A model generated the notes under the pieces. It was not told the DNA's origin and did not search any database. It saw only the letters and a program-made list of their open reading frames with translations. The position numbers and the translations under genes are program-made. From positions 288,001-352,000 of the forward strand of contig CAXXUA010000003.1 in the NCBI GenBank assembly GCA_963663765.2: a stretch of DNA of 64,000 nt, written 5' to 3'. Below are positions 9,685 through 20,070 of this stretch, piece after piece (the first letter of the stretch is position 1; every line of letters starts with the position of its first letter). This DNA is from Candidatus Poribacteria bacterium. GTDB lineage: Bacteria; Poribacteria; WGA-4E; WGA-3G.

Positions 9685-11325
9685 TCACACCGTTTCAGAC
9701 ATACGTTCCGCTAAACGGGCAAGCGCGGGTGACCTATCCAATTTTTCAAGTTCCGCTTCAATAAGTGTAAATTGCTGCGTTTCAGCAAAGGCAGTTTTCA
9801 TCGCCTCCTCAAACTCACCTTCTGTCCGCACATGAAACCCTCGTCCTGAACTAAAAAGTGATGGCATGCAGCTATAATTCCAACACCCGATATCGTTGAA
9901 ATCACCTTCAAGCAGATGTCGTTCCGTTCCATATCCATGGTTATTCAACAGCAGCACAATCGGGTTCAACCCATACCGAACGGTCGTAGACAACTCCGTC
10001 CCTGTCATCTGGAATGCACCATCGCCAACAATAACGAGTGGACGGGTGTTGGGCGTGCTGAGTTGCGCACCAACGGATGCTGGAACCGCAAAACCCATTG
10101 AAGTATAGTAGGCAGGACTCAAGAAGTTCGTGTGTTGTTGTATAACCAATTCTGCCGCACCAAACAGACTATCTCCCACATCAGCTATGACTGTCACTTC
10201 ATCAGTAATAAACTCATTCAGATGTTTGAACAGACGTTCAACTGTCAAGGACGCATCCGGTTTAACTTCAAACGGTTCTGTATCTGGGAATGCCCAACTT
10301 AAGTTCGGTTTTTTACGTTTACGGAGTTTTTGGCAATTCAATCCATCAACAAAATCGTCAAACATCACCGCTTCATAAGTATGATAACGGACATTTATTT
10401 TCTCTGAAGTCGCATAAATTGAACGGGATCGGTCAAGGTTTGCTGTGTAAATCCCAAGATTTACATCGGTCATGAACGCTCCAAGGATAATCACACAATC
10501 GGAATCTTCAACAAATTCCCTGATTTCATTTCTACCCATTGCTCCTTCATAAATACCTAAATAAAGCGGATGTGATTCTGGTATCACAGATTTACCCAGT
10601 AACGTTGCAACAACAGGGATACGTTTCTCTTCAACCAGTGTAAGCAATTTGTCTTGATACCCAAATCTATGGAGTTCTACACCTGCAAGGATAACGGGGT
10701 TCTTACTTTGATTGATGAATTTGACTGCATCTTCAACGGCGGCGTTCAACGTTTCTGGATCGCTAACGCGTCCCCCCGTTGAAGGACGCCGATAAAGCGT
10801 GCCACGCACATCTACCATATCACGAGGAAGTTCTATGTATCCCGGACGTTTATAGTGATATACAGCATCAAGCACCCGATCAATTTCGTTGAATGCGGTA
10901 AATGGTTCATCAAGCAACGCAGCAGCAACGGTGATTTCATCATAGATACGTTGCTGCGTGTGAAAATCTCTGACTTTATGGTGGAGGAGTGCATCTGTTC
11001 CACGTTCCTTGATACCCGGTGCCCCGCTTATCACAACAACGGGGGATTTTTCCGCATAAGCACCAGCGACTGCGTTCACCATAGACAAACCCCCGACACA
11101 GTATGTAATGCACGCAGCACCCATGCCTTTTGTGCGTGCATAAGCATCCGCTGCATAACCCGCAGCGTCTTCTCGTGTCATGCCGATGTGTTGAATATCG
11201 CTTTGCTCAATGAGGTTGTAGAAACGCAACACATAATCGCCAGGGATACCAAAGATGTGATCAATATCGTAACTTTTCAGTTTTTTGAGTAGGTATTCAC
11301 CGATAGTCGGGGGTCTGTTACGCAT
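9685..11325 (-). CDS. ThDP-dependent alpha-keto acid decarboxylase (indolepyruvate/pyruvate decarboxylase family)
   Basis: FGIPGDY, AGYAADAYAR, AYAEKSPVV, LHH, and the ThDP motif GDGAFQM...NNHGY. Confidence 0.92.
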   Translation of the reverse strand: MRNRPPTIGEYLLKKLKSYDIDHIFGIPGDYVLRFYNLIEQSDIQHIGMTREDAAGYAADAYARTKGMGAACITYCVGGLSMVNAVAGAYAEKSPVVVISGAPGIKERGTDALLHHKVRDFHTQQRIYDEITVAAALLDEPFTAFNEIDRVLDAVYHYKRPGYIELPRDMVDVRGTLYRRPSTGGRVSDPETLNAAVEDAVKFINQSKNPVILAGVELHRFGYQDKLLTLVEEKRIPVVATLLGKSVIPESHPLYLGIYEGAMGRNEIREFVEDSDCVIILGAFMTDVNLGIYTANLDRSRSIYATSEKINVRYHTYEAVMFDDFVDGLNCQKLRKRKKPNLSWAFPDTEPFEVKPDASLTVERLFKHLNEFITDEVTVIADVGDSLFGAAELVIQQHTNFLSPAYYTSMGFAVPASVGAQLSTPNTRPLVIVGDGAFQMTGTELSTTVRYGLNPIVLLLNNHGYGTERHLLEGDFNDIGCWNYSCMPSLFSSGRGFHVRTEGEFEEAMKTAFAETQQFTLIEAELEKLDRSPALARLAERMSETV

Positions 11326-11353
11326 AGGTCACCTCACTGTGCATAGTTGTTTA

Positions 11354-12019
11354 CTAAAAATTTTGGGTTGCAACAATGGCTGCATCTGGAACTTTTCGGA
11401 TATTTATCGTGATTTTCTCACGTCTTGGACTACCATCGGCATTTCTAAACCCTTTCTGAAATGAACCACAACATAAACTTAGCGTTTCAACATCAAAACA
11501 GATAAAGTGAATTTCCGATAAAACAAACTCTGTTTTACGTCTTCGTGACATTGCTCCTCTATTAATTCGGTTTACTTCATATTTGCTGATTCCCTCTTTC
11601 AGCTCATCATGCCAGTTCTTAAATGTTCTTTCTTCATCATTATACTCAACTTCACCAATTGCAAGAATTACTCCGTAGTGACCATAATCATTTATTGTGT
11701 TTGTAATAGCTTCCGCATCATTCGTAATGACCGTATGGTTAGTCGTATTTGCTGCATGTGCTTTGAAGTCCCATGAGATTTCACTAAATGCGTCAAACTC
11801 AGTATTGCCATACTTTTTTCCGGGCATATCAATAATGTTAGTGAAATTATTTTGACATAAAAATTCAAAGTAAAATCCCATCCACTCCATTTGCTTCCAC
11901 TGCTTTGATCCTGCTTCTTTCATTTCAATGATAGAGTTTCTACCGTCCCAAACTTTTGGTATATTTTGCGAAGAAATCTGCAATTTTTTAATTGTGTCTA
12001 CAATCTTCTGATCTAACAT
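11354..12019 (-). CDS. Putative type II restriction endonuclease
   Basis: Lies 6 bp downstream of a DNA methyltransferase. PD-(D/E)XK-like pattern EWMGFYFE...EFDAF...WDFKAH. Confidence 0.6.
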   Translation of the reverse strand: MLDQKIVDTIKKLQISSQNIPKVWDGRNSIIEMKEAGSKQWKQMEWMGFYFEFLCQNNFTNIIDMPGKKYGNTEFDAFSEISWDFKAHAANTTNHTVITNDAEAITNTINDYGHYGVILAIGEVEYNDEERTFKNWHDELKEGISKYEVNRINRGAMSRRRKTEFVLSEIHFICFDVETLSLCCGSFQKGFRNADGSPRREKITINIRKVPDAAIVATQNF

Positions 12020-12025
12020 GAAAAA

Positions 12026-12841
12026 TTATTCTTCCTCTCTGAATAAACCCCATGAGGGTTCATCTTCCGTTTTATGAATTAGATATTTCCCTGACTCAAG
12101 TCTCTCGCGGGCAAATTCATAATATGCAGGAACTATCTCAAAACCAATATAACGTCGTTCCTTCATTTTGCTTACGACTGCAACCTGTCCAGAACCCAAA
12201 AACGGATCCAAAACAACATCACCCTTCTGGCTTGAATAATCAAGGATTTTTTCAATCAGTTCAGCTGGCAATTTCGTCGGCGTCTTTATAGCACCCTGCC
12301 AATATTCTCTCTTGATTTCCCAAACATCTTCCTTGTCTCTGTAGTGTGCGGATCCACCGTTTTCTGTTTTTGCTTCTTTACCAAAGCGACGGTATGGATA
12401 AAATTGTCGTTTTTTATCGTTCTTACATAGGAAGAGACAATGGTAGTGAGAAGTAACATATTTACGTTTGGTCACAACTCCGAACTGATATTTCCAAATG
12501 AGGTGATTAACCGTTATAAGTTTGCACGAATCAATTGCAATCAAAAGGTCTTTCAAATAATTCCAACCTGAAAAGATATACATACTTCCAGAATCTTTTA
12601 GCACTCTTGTTGCTTCTGACAGCCATTCAAGTGTAAACTCAAGATAGTCACTTCCCTCAATTTCATTGTAACCTTCAAGCACACGATTACCTGTCCGATT
12701 GTAGTTGTGTCGTGTTGCTTTGAAATCAATGGCAAAAGGCGGATCTGTTATGACAAGATCAACACACGCATCCGGAATTTCAGTCATCAGCTGAATGCAA
12801 TCACCTTGTCTAATGGTATCAATATAGTCAAATTGTTTCAT
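12026..12841 (-). CDS. Site-specific DNA methyltransferase (N4-C/N6-A, beta class)
   Basis: GDC...VDLVITDPPF (motif IV) precedes TPTKLP and VLDPFLGSG (motif I). Start placed at MKQFD. Confidence 0.93.
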   Translation of the reverse strand: MKQFDYIDTIRQGDCIQLMTEIPDACVDLVITDPPFAIDFKATRHNYNRTGNRVLEGYNEIEGSDYLEFTLEWLSEATRVLKDSGSMYIFSGWNYLKDLLIAIDSCKLITVNHLIWKYQFGVVTKRKYVTSHYHCLFLCKNDKKRQFYPYRRFGKEAKTENGGSAHYRDKEDVWEIKREYWQGAIKTPTKLPAELIEKILDYSSQKGDVVLDPFLGSGQVAVVSKMKERRYIGFEIVPAYYEFARERLESGKYLIHKTEDEPSWGLFREEE

Positions 12842-12884
12842 GTTTAATATCCACGCTGTGGAAGTATTACAATTGCTCCTTGAT

Positions 12885-13334
12885 TCAAAACTGCTTATCA
12901 CTATCTAACAGGATAGTCACAGGACCATCGTTAATCAATTCCACATCCATCATCGCTTGAAAAGTGCCACCCAGTGTTGGAATATTGAGCTGACTTAAGG
13001 TTGAGATAAATTCCTCATACAAAGCATTAGCAACATCAGGACGCGCAGCCTCTATAAAACTGGGTCGTCGTCCCTTACGACAATCACCATAGAGTGTGAA
13101 CTGAGAGACAACAAGCGCAGAACCACCAGTATCAAGCAGTGAACAGTTCATCTTGCCATCAGCATCCTCAAAGATACGCAGATTAGCAACTTTGTTAGCG
13201 ATATATTCCAATTCTGTTTCAGTATCATCATGTGCAATGCCAAGGAATATCAGCAATCCCACACCGATTTCAGAAACGAGTTCACCGTCCACTTTCACAC
13301 TTGCTGATTTGACGCGTTGAATAACTGCTCTCAT
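12885..13334 (-). CDS. dtd: D-aminoacyl-tRNA deacylase
   Basis: [39 protein letters not shown]. Confidence 0.97.
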   Translation of the reverse strand: MRAVIQRVKSASVKVDGELVSEIGVGLLIFLGIAHDDTETELEYIANKVANLRIFEDADGKMNCSLLDTGGSALVVSQFTLYGDCRKGRRPSFIEAARPDVANALYEEFISTLSQLNIPTLGGTFQAMMDVELINDGPVTILLDSDKQF

Positions 13335-13365
13335 ATATATTCTTTGTATCACCCTTTCGGTTGCC

Positions 13366-14307
13366 CTAAAACAGCAACTTATTTCCTTCCAACGCCTTCG
13401 CTTGTTCACCACTGAGTGTTAAATTAAACTGAATACCGGGTAACGTACTGAGCCCAATCTGAAAAACCAAATTATTTGAAACTTCATATCGTAAGGCAAG
13501 ACCAATAATGTTTGATATGTTCAATCCTGAATACTGGATTTCACGTGAAAAATCCCCAGCAATCCATAAATTACCTGCCACAGCAATCTCACCCCCAACT
13601 TGGTAATTGAGTGTAAAAAGATCAGTCGTATTCAGTGCTTTTGAGTTTAAAAACACTCCCGCTCCAGCGTGAACCTTAAAATACTTGCCGATTCTTTGTG
13701 TGCCAACACAATAGGTGTTAAGACCTACAAATGGAAAACCATCTATGGGACTACCATCACGAAACTCGTTATCAACATTCAATTTATCATCTGCTGTAAA
13801 TCCTGAATAGACATGACCACCGACAGAGATACTCGGCAAACCATCATTTTTTTCAGGTTTTAAATTATATTTGAGACCGATGAGCCCGTCATAAATAGGT
13901 TGGTTATAGACCCTTTTCGCATTCAGTTCTGGTATATTGCTGTCATAGTAATCGTGGACAATTTTTTTTGCTCCCCCAGTCGTCAGCGTCGTTCCTAATT
14001 GCAGGTCAAGTGAATCACTTAATCCATAAGTAAATCTGATAGGCACGATGAATGTGTTAAGTTCATAAGTGACCCTACGTGATTCCTGAAACCCACCAAT
14101 AATAATATCCTGCTTCAGGATTGGTAAAATATTATCTATGGTATGTTGAAACAAACCAAACGACGTATGAGATCCGCCTTTACCAAGTGTTTCCGCTGTT
14201 TGCATAGTTGTGAGTTGTGGATTCGCTGGGGTTTGCGCAAATATTGGAGTATAAATCCCTAAGAAAACGAATATAATTCCTAAAATTATGCGGTTTTTAA
14301 AGAGCAT
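13366..14307 (-). CDS. Exported hypothetical protein, probable outer-membrane beta-barrel
   Basis: Signal peptide ending [12 protein letters not shown] motif, alternating aromatic/hydrophobic strands ([24 protein letters not shown]). Confidence 0.6.
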   Translation of the reverse strand: MLFKNRIILGIIFVFLGIYTPIFAQTPANPQLTTMQTAETLGKGGSHTSFGLFQHTIDNILPILKQDIIIGGFQESRRVTYELNTFIVPIRFTYGLSDSLDLQLGTTLTTGGAKKIVHDYYDSNIPELNAKRVYNQPIYDGLIGLKYNLKPEKNDGLPSISVGGHVYSGFTADDKLNVDNEFRDGSPIDGFPFVGLNTYCVGTQRIGKYFKVHAGAGVFLNSKALNTTDLFTLNYQVGGEIAVAGNLWIAGDFSREIQYSGLNISNIIGLALRYEVSNNLVFQIGLSTLPGIQFNLTLSGEQAKALEGNKLLF

Positions 14308-14330
14308 TGTTTTCCTCTAAAAGTCTTTTA

Positions 14331-15479
14331 TTAAAAAATTTGATTTAATTGTTCTGCTTCCGTCATTTCACTTTCATCACGTTTACCATTATCAGCACGT
14401 GTATTGTCATACGCAGTGATAAAATATGGCTTTTCATCAAGGGCTTGGCCAACGATATTCGGGTCCTCTCCAATGATCGTAATGCTTGTTTCATCCCGAT
14501 GTAAGTTGCGCCGGACAAGGAGTTCTCCTTCTGCATTCTTGGTATATATTTGGTACCCATCAAGATCAATCTCTTTGTTGGCATCCCATGATAAGATTAC
14601 ATCATACTTTGTATTGAAGAGTGATAGCGGGACATAGTAAACGGTAAAGTTTTTCGGGGGTGCTGGCGGAAGATTCGGTGATGTAGCACGAATAGTTGTA
14701 ATACCTTCAACGCCAAATTCATCCACTGCAGCAATCCTGTATACTTTTGTGGAACCATCCTTTTGGAATCTGGTGTCAAAGTAATACTGTTCACCTTCTG
14801 TTAATTCAGCTGCAAGTAAAAAGTTTAGTTGTCTGTCACCACCAACATCTAACGCAGAATACACTCGAAAAAAAGAAAAATCATCAGGAAATTCATAACC
14901 TTCCCATAAGAGACCCACAGTTAAATTTCTTGGCACTTCACTCAATGTAACTACTGGAGGCGGTGGGGCAATACTCGGTGTTACAGTCGCAGTCTGCCAT
15001 ATTCGCAAAGGTTCTACTGTTAGACTCGGAGGATTCATCGGATCCGGTGTTTCAACTCCATCTGAATCAACATAAGAGATGCGATATTCATAAGAAAGCA
15101 CATTCCCATTAGAATCTTTACGATCATTTTCTATATTTTGTGCGTCCACAAACTCACTTGCTGGCGCATCCACCGTTGCAATTAACACATAAGGTTCTTC
15201 AGAATAACTTGTTGACCGGCGGTAAATCTTATATGACATGATACCTGCATGTCCGGAATCCGCCCAAGTAATACGCACCTGTTGATCCCCTGGATAGAGT
15301 TTCAATCCGAGTGGCGCGCCTGATGTTCGGAGATTTTCTGTGTCCAGTGGGTTCGCGAAATCTTCACTGCTTGTGCATGCAATAAACGGCGTGAAAATCA
15401 GAAAAAGTAGCAGAAAACGCCATAATTTATATGTAAACTGGATACATCGTCTATTATAGAACCTATGTAATGAATCCAT
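14331..15479 (-). CDS. Lipoprotein with fibronectin type III-like domains
   Basis: Lipobox FIAC, NPLD motif, and three Fn3-like segments (W...YKIYR...F.D...Y.Y.I). Start MDSLH follows AGGAGG. Confidence 0.7.
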   Translation of the reverse strand: MDSLHRFYNRRCIQFTYKLWRFLLLFLIFTPFIACTSSEDFANPLDTENLRTSGAPLGLKLYPGDQQVRITWADSGHAGIMSYKIYRRSTSYSEEPYVLIATVDAPASEFVDAQNIENDRKDSNGNVLSYEYRISYVDSDGVETPDPMNPPSLTVEPLRIWQTATVTPSIAPPPPVVTLSEVPRNLTVGLLWEGYEFPDDFSFFRVYSALDVGGDRQLNFLLAAELTEGEQYYFDTRFQKDGSTKVYRIAAVDEFGVEGITTIRATSPNLPPAPPKNFTVYYVPLSLFNTKYDVILSWDANKEIDLDGYQIYTKNAEGELLVRRNLHRDETSITIIGEDPNIVGQALDEKPYFITAYDNTRADNGKRDESEMTEAEQLNQIF

Positions 15480-15513
15480 CCCGTTCCTCCTTTTCATTAG
15501 ACCAAATACATAA

Positions 15514-16050
15514 TTAAAAACGGTGTGTATATTGTAAGTAGAATCTTTGTGTTTGGAAATCAATCTTTGGAAGAATATTTTCGGATCTTGTTGATCGCAG
15601 AGAATACACACCAAAACCCAGATCTGATGATGTAAAACTTGATGGGTACTGTGATATAACGTTAACTGTATTAGGTATTGATGTTTCTGTAGGAACAGTG
15701 TCAGTGCTGGAATTGAGTTGGTCAACTATAGATATAAGTACTGCGAGTCCGATACATCCTAAACCGACGCGCGACATGATAATGCTTGTATTTTGCCTGT
15801 CCAAAACGACACTTTTTCGGCTTTGAATATCTGCTTGGATAGAAGCGGAGAGATACTCATCATATTCTTCCTGAGCGGAAGTATTCATAAACGTACTGCC
15901 TACTTGTAATCCCAACCCCGACGATAACAGTGTAATAGCAGCCACTCGTGAACGCCGTCCAGCTTCCGCAGGTACAATCACCATATTTAGGATAAAAATG
16001 CAACTTAAAATGAATGTAAACCGTTTTAAATACGTTCTATAATACCTCAT
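15514..16050 (-). CDS. Hypothetical exported/membrane protein
   Basis: Signal peptide and two hydrophobic helices flanking 'YDEYL.A'. Ends LQYTHRF. First gene of the three-gene run. Confidence 0.65.
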   Translation of the reverse strand: MRYYRTYLKRFTFILSCIFILNMVIVPAEAGRRSRVAAITLLSSGLGLQVGSTFMNTSAQEEYDEYLSASIQADIQSRKSVVLDRQNTSIIMSRVGLGCIGLAVLISIVDQLNSSTDTVPTETSIPNTVNVISQYPSSFTSSDLGFGVYSLRSTRSENILPKIDFQTQRFYLQYTHRF

Positions 16051-16258
16051 TGAAGTAATCCTTTTTAGTTCATTCGTTTGTTTAAAAGTGTACCCTATCT
16101 GTTTCTAAAAGTCAATGCAATCTGCAGAATGAAACTGCGAGGTTCTTTAGTTTTCCTAATGTTCGGATTTTCAAAATGAAACCCCGTGGTAGGTGCGACC
16201 TCCCGGACTCGATTTTCGCAGGAAACGTGTAAAATGGGTAGAACTAAATAACCCTGCT

Positions 16259-17717
16259 GGGTGTGTAAAGTTTTTGGCATGGACATCATGCTGCTTTTGT
16301 GTTTGGATACCAATATCTGTCCCAAGCCTTATTCTTTGACAAACATCTCCACTTTAGCACAGCATTGATGCCCGGTTGCTCCCATCTCATAGCTGCTTGT
16401 TTACACCTTTCTCCGACAACATGTTTACATGCACTTTCAATCACACCACTTCCAATCATATACCCTTTTTCTCTAAACGCTTTATACTGCATGCGGTTTG
16501 CATGTTTTTCAAAATATCTTGCTTCTCTTTCTAAACTCTCTGACACCTCTGCGTGCTGTGTGGCTAAGGCACGAATGCTTGAGGCAACTTCTGCGATGTT
16601 CCCATCATGCAGAAAACATTCTGTTTCTTTTATCCACGCTTCAAACAGCTCCGTTTCTGTCTCTTCAAACACAAGTTTCGCAACATCATACAGATGAGAC
16701 ACGGCGTGTGGATAATCCACAATCTGAACAGCATTCGGAAAGTATTCTTTACAAAGGTTCCAAATCCACGCAGCACCATCTCCGATAAATACAATCTCTT
16801 GTGTATTTATATCTTTTTGATAGATGCCACTTTGTAGTGCTAACGCATACAACTTTTTACCAAATGCGGCGGCATTTTGACGACCCGCAACATACCGAAT
16901 ACTTTCTGTTCTCACACTCGGGGTCCCACCCGAAACAGGTTGTGGATAATCTCTGTAAATACACCCCACTTTCACCTCTTTCCACCCATCCGGAGAGTTC
17001 GTGTGGCACCCATCGCAACTCACATACCAACGCTGATTTTCCGCAAGTTCTTGAGCCTCTACTTGTTCACATACATCCAAATCTTCTGCCAACTTACACA
17101 CACTTTGATGAAGTGTCGTGTGACTCACTTCTATCCCTTGATGAGACAACTCCTCTGATGCTTCCCTATAGTCAAGCCGCGCAGACAAACGACACATCGC
17201 TTCAACAACACGATGCGTGTATTGATCCGATAACTTCTGTTTGACTTCCCACGGGGCATGCCTATGTCCGTGTTCACAACAATACACCCAACGCCTTGGA
17301 CTTATTTTGCCACAAAGAGTTGTTAGATGTTTCGCACGCTTGCGTAATGGACGACAAGGTGCTTGACACTCTGGACATTCAACAGGTTCACTCTCTTTCT
17401 TACCTGCCTTTTTAGACACACACACTTCTAAAAACTTTTGTTCAAGAGAACGAAATGCTTCGGAAACACGAACTTCAACATCATCTAAAGATAAACTCTC
17501 GTCAGCATCAATGTCTCCATAGAGATCGGTTACTTCTTTGACAATCTTTCTAAAATCATCTTCCCAATCATTGCTTTCATGAACACTTAATGATATACTT
17601 GACATTGGTATCCTCTCCTAAAATTGAAATTTATTTATTAGGTTAGGATACCATGTGTATACATTCTGAGCAAGAACTCCATTCAAGGCATTTTCATGCC
17701 AAAAACTTTACACACCC
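16259..17717 (-). mobile_element. ISKra4/UPF0236-type insertion sequence with perfect 23-bp TIRs
   Basis: GGGTGTGTAAAGTTTTTGGCATG (16259-16281) and CATGCCAAAAACTTTACACACCC (17695-17717) enclose the transposase. No clear target duplication. Confidence 0.9.
16286..17605 (-). CDS. ISKra4-family (IS256-like) DDE transposase
   Basis: CPEC zinc knuckle, VSCDG (D), IGDGAAWIW (D), VDYPHA, IGSGVIESACK (E), MRW. Confidence 0.92.
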   Translation of the reverse strand: MSSISLSVHESNDWEDDFRKIVKEVTDLYGDIDADESLSLDDVEVRVSEAFRSLEQKFLEVCVSKKAGKKESEPVECPECQAPCRPLRKRAKHLTTLCGKISPRRWVYCCEHGHRHAPWEVKQKLSDQYTHRVVEAMCRLSARLDYREASEELSHQGIEVSHTTLHQSVCKLAEDLDVCEQVEAQELAENQRWYVSCDGCHTNSPDGWKEVKVGCIYRDYPQPVSGGTPSVRTESIRYVAGRQNAAAFGKKLYALALQSGIYQKDINTQEIVFIGDGAAWIWNLCKEYFPNAVQIVDYPHAVSHLYDVAKLVFEETETELFEAWIKETECFLHDGNIAEVASSIRALATQHAEVSESLEREARYFEKHANRMQYKAFREKGYMIGSGVIESACKHVVGERCKQAAMRWEQPGINAVLKWRCLSKNKAWDRYWYPNTKAA

Positions 17718-17785
17718 CGAAATCCGTAAACCGTTGACATTTTACATAAGAACTGATACCCTATACAGCAAGGAGGAGAAACATC

Positions 17786-19174
17786 ATGGCAACGTTAATG
17801 CAAACTGAAAATCGTATCAGACCGATCTATATTGATGGATACACCCACAAATTGAGTTACGAACCCGGTGAAGATATTGCGTTCCATGTCTCAACAAGTG
17901 CAGGAAACTACTCCTTGGAAATTGCACGCATCGGTGTGACACGTGAAGTCGTATACAACGAATCTGGACTCCCAGGAAAAGCGCAACCAGTCCCTGAAAA
18001 CGCCTCATCACACGGATGTGGTTGGAATGCGACTTTTACAATTGAAGTACCAGACACATGGCAAAGCGGTTATTATGAAGGCACCCTTCGCGCAACTGAT
18101 GGTGGCGGTGACTCTATTTATAGAAACCATCGTACTGCAGAGAGTTCACTGTTCTTCATCATTCGTGCTTCCAAACCGGGTGAAAACACACCTATTCTCC
18201 TCCAACTCTCTACCAACACCTACAACGCTTACAATAACTGGGGCGGTTTTAGTCTCTACGGATTTCACGGACACAGTAAGTTACAAGGCAACCGTGTTTC
18301 ATTTGACCGTCCTACTGGAGGCATTTTTAGAAATTGGGAATTACCCTTCATCGTCTGGGCAGAGCAGAACGGATATTCACTTGATTATGCAGTGAATAGT
18401 GACTTGGAATTCCATCCTGAGATATTGGAACATTACAAACTCGTAATGAGCGTTGGGCATGACGAATACTGGTCTGCACCGATGCGTGATAACCTTGAAG
18501 ATTTCATCGCAAATGGTGGTAATGTTGCCTTTTTCAGTGGCAATTCTGTGTGTTGGCAGGTACGTTCTGAAGACAATGGACGCGCCCTCGTCTGCTGGAA
18601 ACAGAGTTACAACCAAGACCCTGTCTATAAAACCGATGATTACAGCACGCTGAGTACCCTGTGGAGTCACTATCTGGTAAACCGACCTGAAAATCAACTG
18701 ACAGGTGTCGGGTTCTTACAAGGCGGTTATCATTTGAGTCACGGGCAGTTTATGGATGGTAGTGGTGAATACACAGTACACCGTCCTGAACATTGGGTGT
18801 TTGAAGGCACAAACTTAGCAAGAGATGACACATTCGGTGGAGAGCATACCATCGTTGGCTATGAATGTGATGGGTGTGAATTCACGCTTGAAGATGGTCT
18901 ACCCGTACCAACCTATAAAGATAGCACACCTGAAGGATTTACCATCCTCGCAACTGCACCTGTCCGTTGGCATCCTGATGATTGCGAATGGTATGAACGT
19001 TGGGAACAAGGACATACTGGCGCAGCAACAATGGGTATCTATACAAAAGGCGGTACCGTCTTTACCGCTGCTACGACAGACTGGTCGCACGGATTGGCTG
19101 GTGGCGATGCTGTTGTTGAACGTATTACGCACAATGTTTTGCGAAGGCTTTCAGGAAAAAACGTAGACATTTAA
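17786..19174 (+). CDS. N,N-dimethylformamidase large-subunit-like protein (DUF6605)
   Basis: SYEPGE.I.FHVS, W.SGYY, TYNAYNNWGG.SLY, VSFDRP, GHDEYWS, GYECD. Confidence 0.8.
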   Translation: MATLMQTENRIRPIYIDGYTHKLSYEPGEDIAFHVSTSAGNYSLEIARIGVTREVVYNESGLPGKAQPVPENASSHGCGWNATFTIEVPDTWQSGYYEGTLRATDGGGDSIYRNHRTAESSLFFIIRASKPGENTPILLQLSTNTYNAYNNWGGFSLYGFHGHSKLQGNRVSFDRPTGGIFRNWELPFIVWAEQNGYSLDYAVNSDLEFHPEILEHYKLVMSVGHDEYWSAPMRDNLEDFIANGGNVAFFSGNSVCWQVRSEDNGRALVCWKQSYNQDPVYKTDDYSTLSTLWSHYLVNRPENQLTGVGFLQGGYHLSHGQFMDGSGEYTVHRPEHWVFEGTNLARDDTFGGEHTIVGYECDGCEFTLEDGLPVPTYKDSTPEGFTILATAPVRWHPDDCEWYERWEQGHTGAATMGIYTKGGTVFTAATTDWSHGLAGGDAVVERITHNVLRRLSGKNVDI

Positions 19175-19252
19175 CTTCAGGTTTTTGTGTTTTTATACCA
19201 AATAAACCCAATTTGTAGCGCAAGGTATCCGTGCCTCGCAATACTAACTTTA

Positions 19253-19696
19253 ACTTGATGTGCCAGCGCGCTTACAAAGCACGCCTACCGTTGGTGAAAG
19301 ATATTATAGTAGAATCCGAAAATATATTTACACTCCACGATAGAATCTCACATAACACGTTTGTAGGGGTTGGGTTACCCAACCCCTACAAACGTCAATT
19401 TAAGGATTTTCACGTATTGTGGGAGGGGTTTTCAACCCCGAATTTATGCGCTTTTCCTCTCAAATCGAGGTTGAAAAACCCTCCCACAAGAAAAATGACA
19501 ACAATATTTTCTTAAATTGACGCATATGGGGTTGGGTAACCCAAACCCTACGTTCCGTGCAGCATGTGCTAATAATTACGAGTTTTACTATATAACCCGA
19601 TTAATAAATTAATCTTCATTAGGGACGATATGTGCGCATTATAAACCTAATATATGTGATAACTATAAAAACATTTGGTTAACTGGCACAAGTCGT
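19253..19696. mobile_element. Second nested MITE/REP composite; the TATAGT element (19305-19592) is inverted relative to the 7225-7512 copy
   Basis: 19305-19592 is the reverse complement of 7225-7512. It is followed by TAATAAATTAATCTTCAT (19602-19619) and half of the 1695-type MITE. Confidence 0.8.
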
Positions 19697-20070
19697 AACT
19701 TTAGCAAGAATCTTCTAATCAAGATAATTTAGTATTAGTCTGTAGGTCGAGGTTCGAAGTTCATTCCTACAAATTGCATCGTCTCAGTAGGAGCGATCTC
19801 CGAATCTCGTGCTAATAAATCTTAGCTAGTCAGGTATATTAGACATTATATAAGTTTAATCGAAATGTTTATCATAACACCAAGTCTGAAGTTTAGACGA
19901 AAGTTATGTAATCCACAACACTGTAATTCAAATTAATTCAGGACTTACGCAAAATAAGGCTGTCAAGTCCAAAGAAAAAACCGAGTATTTTGGGATACCT
20001 CCAGCTCAAAAGAAAATCCTAAGAATTGTTTTTTTAGAGGCTACCCTCAAAAATCGCATACTACATCAAA

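Noticed and set aside
15480-15725. N-terminal extension of the Fn3 lipoprotein ORF (likewise the extensions of dtd and the MTase)
   Set aside because: They overlap upstream genes. Downstream ATGs with an RBS and/or family-typical N-termini are better starts.
19740-19812. tRNA-like GGTTCGAA motif
   Set aside because: No cloverleaf or CCA end. The context is degenerate GTAG REP sequence.
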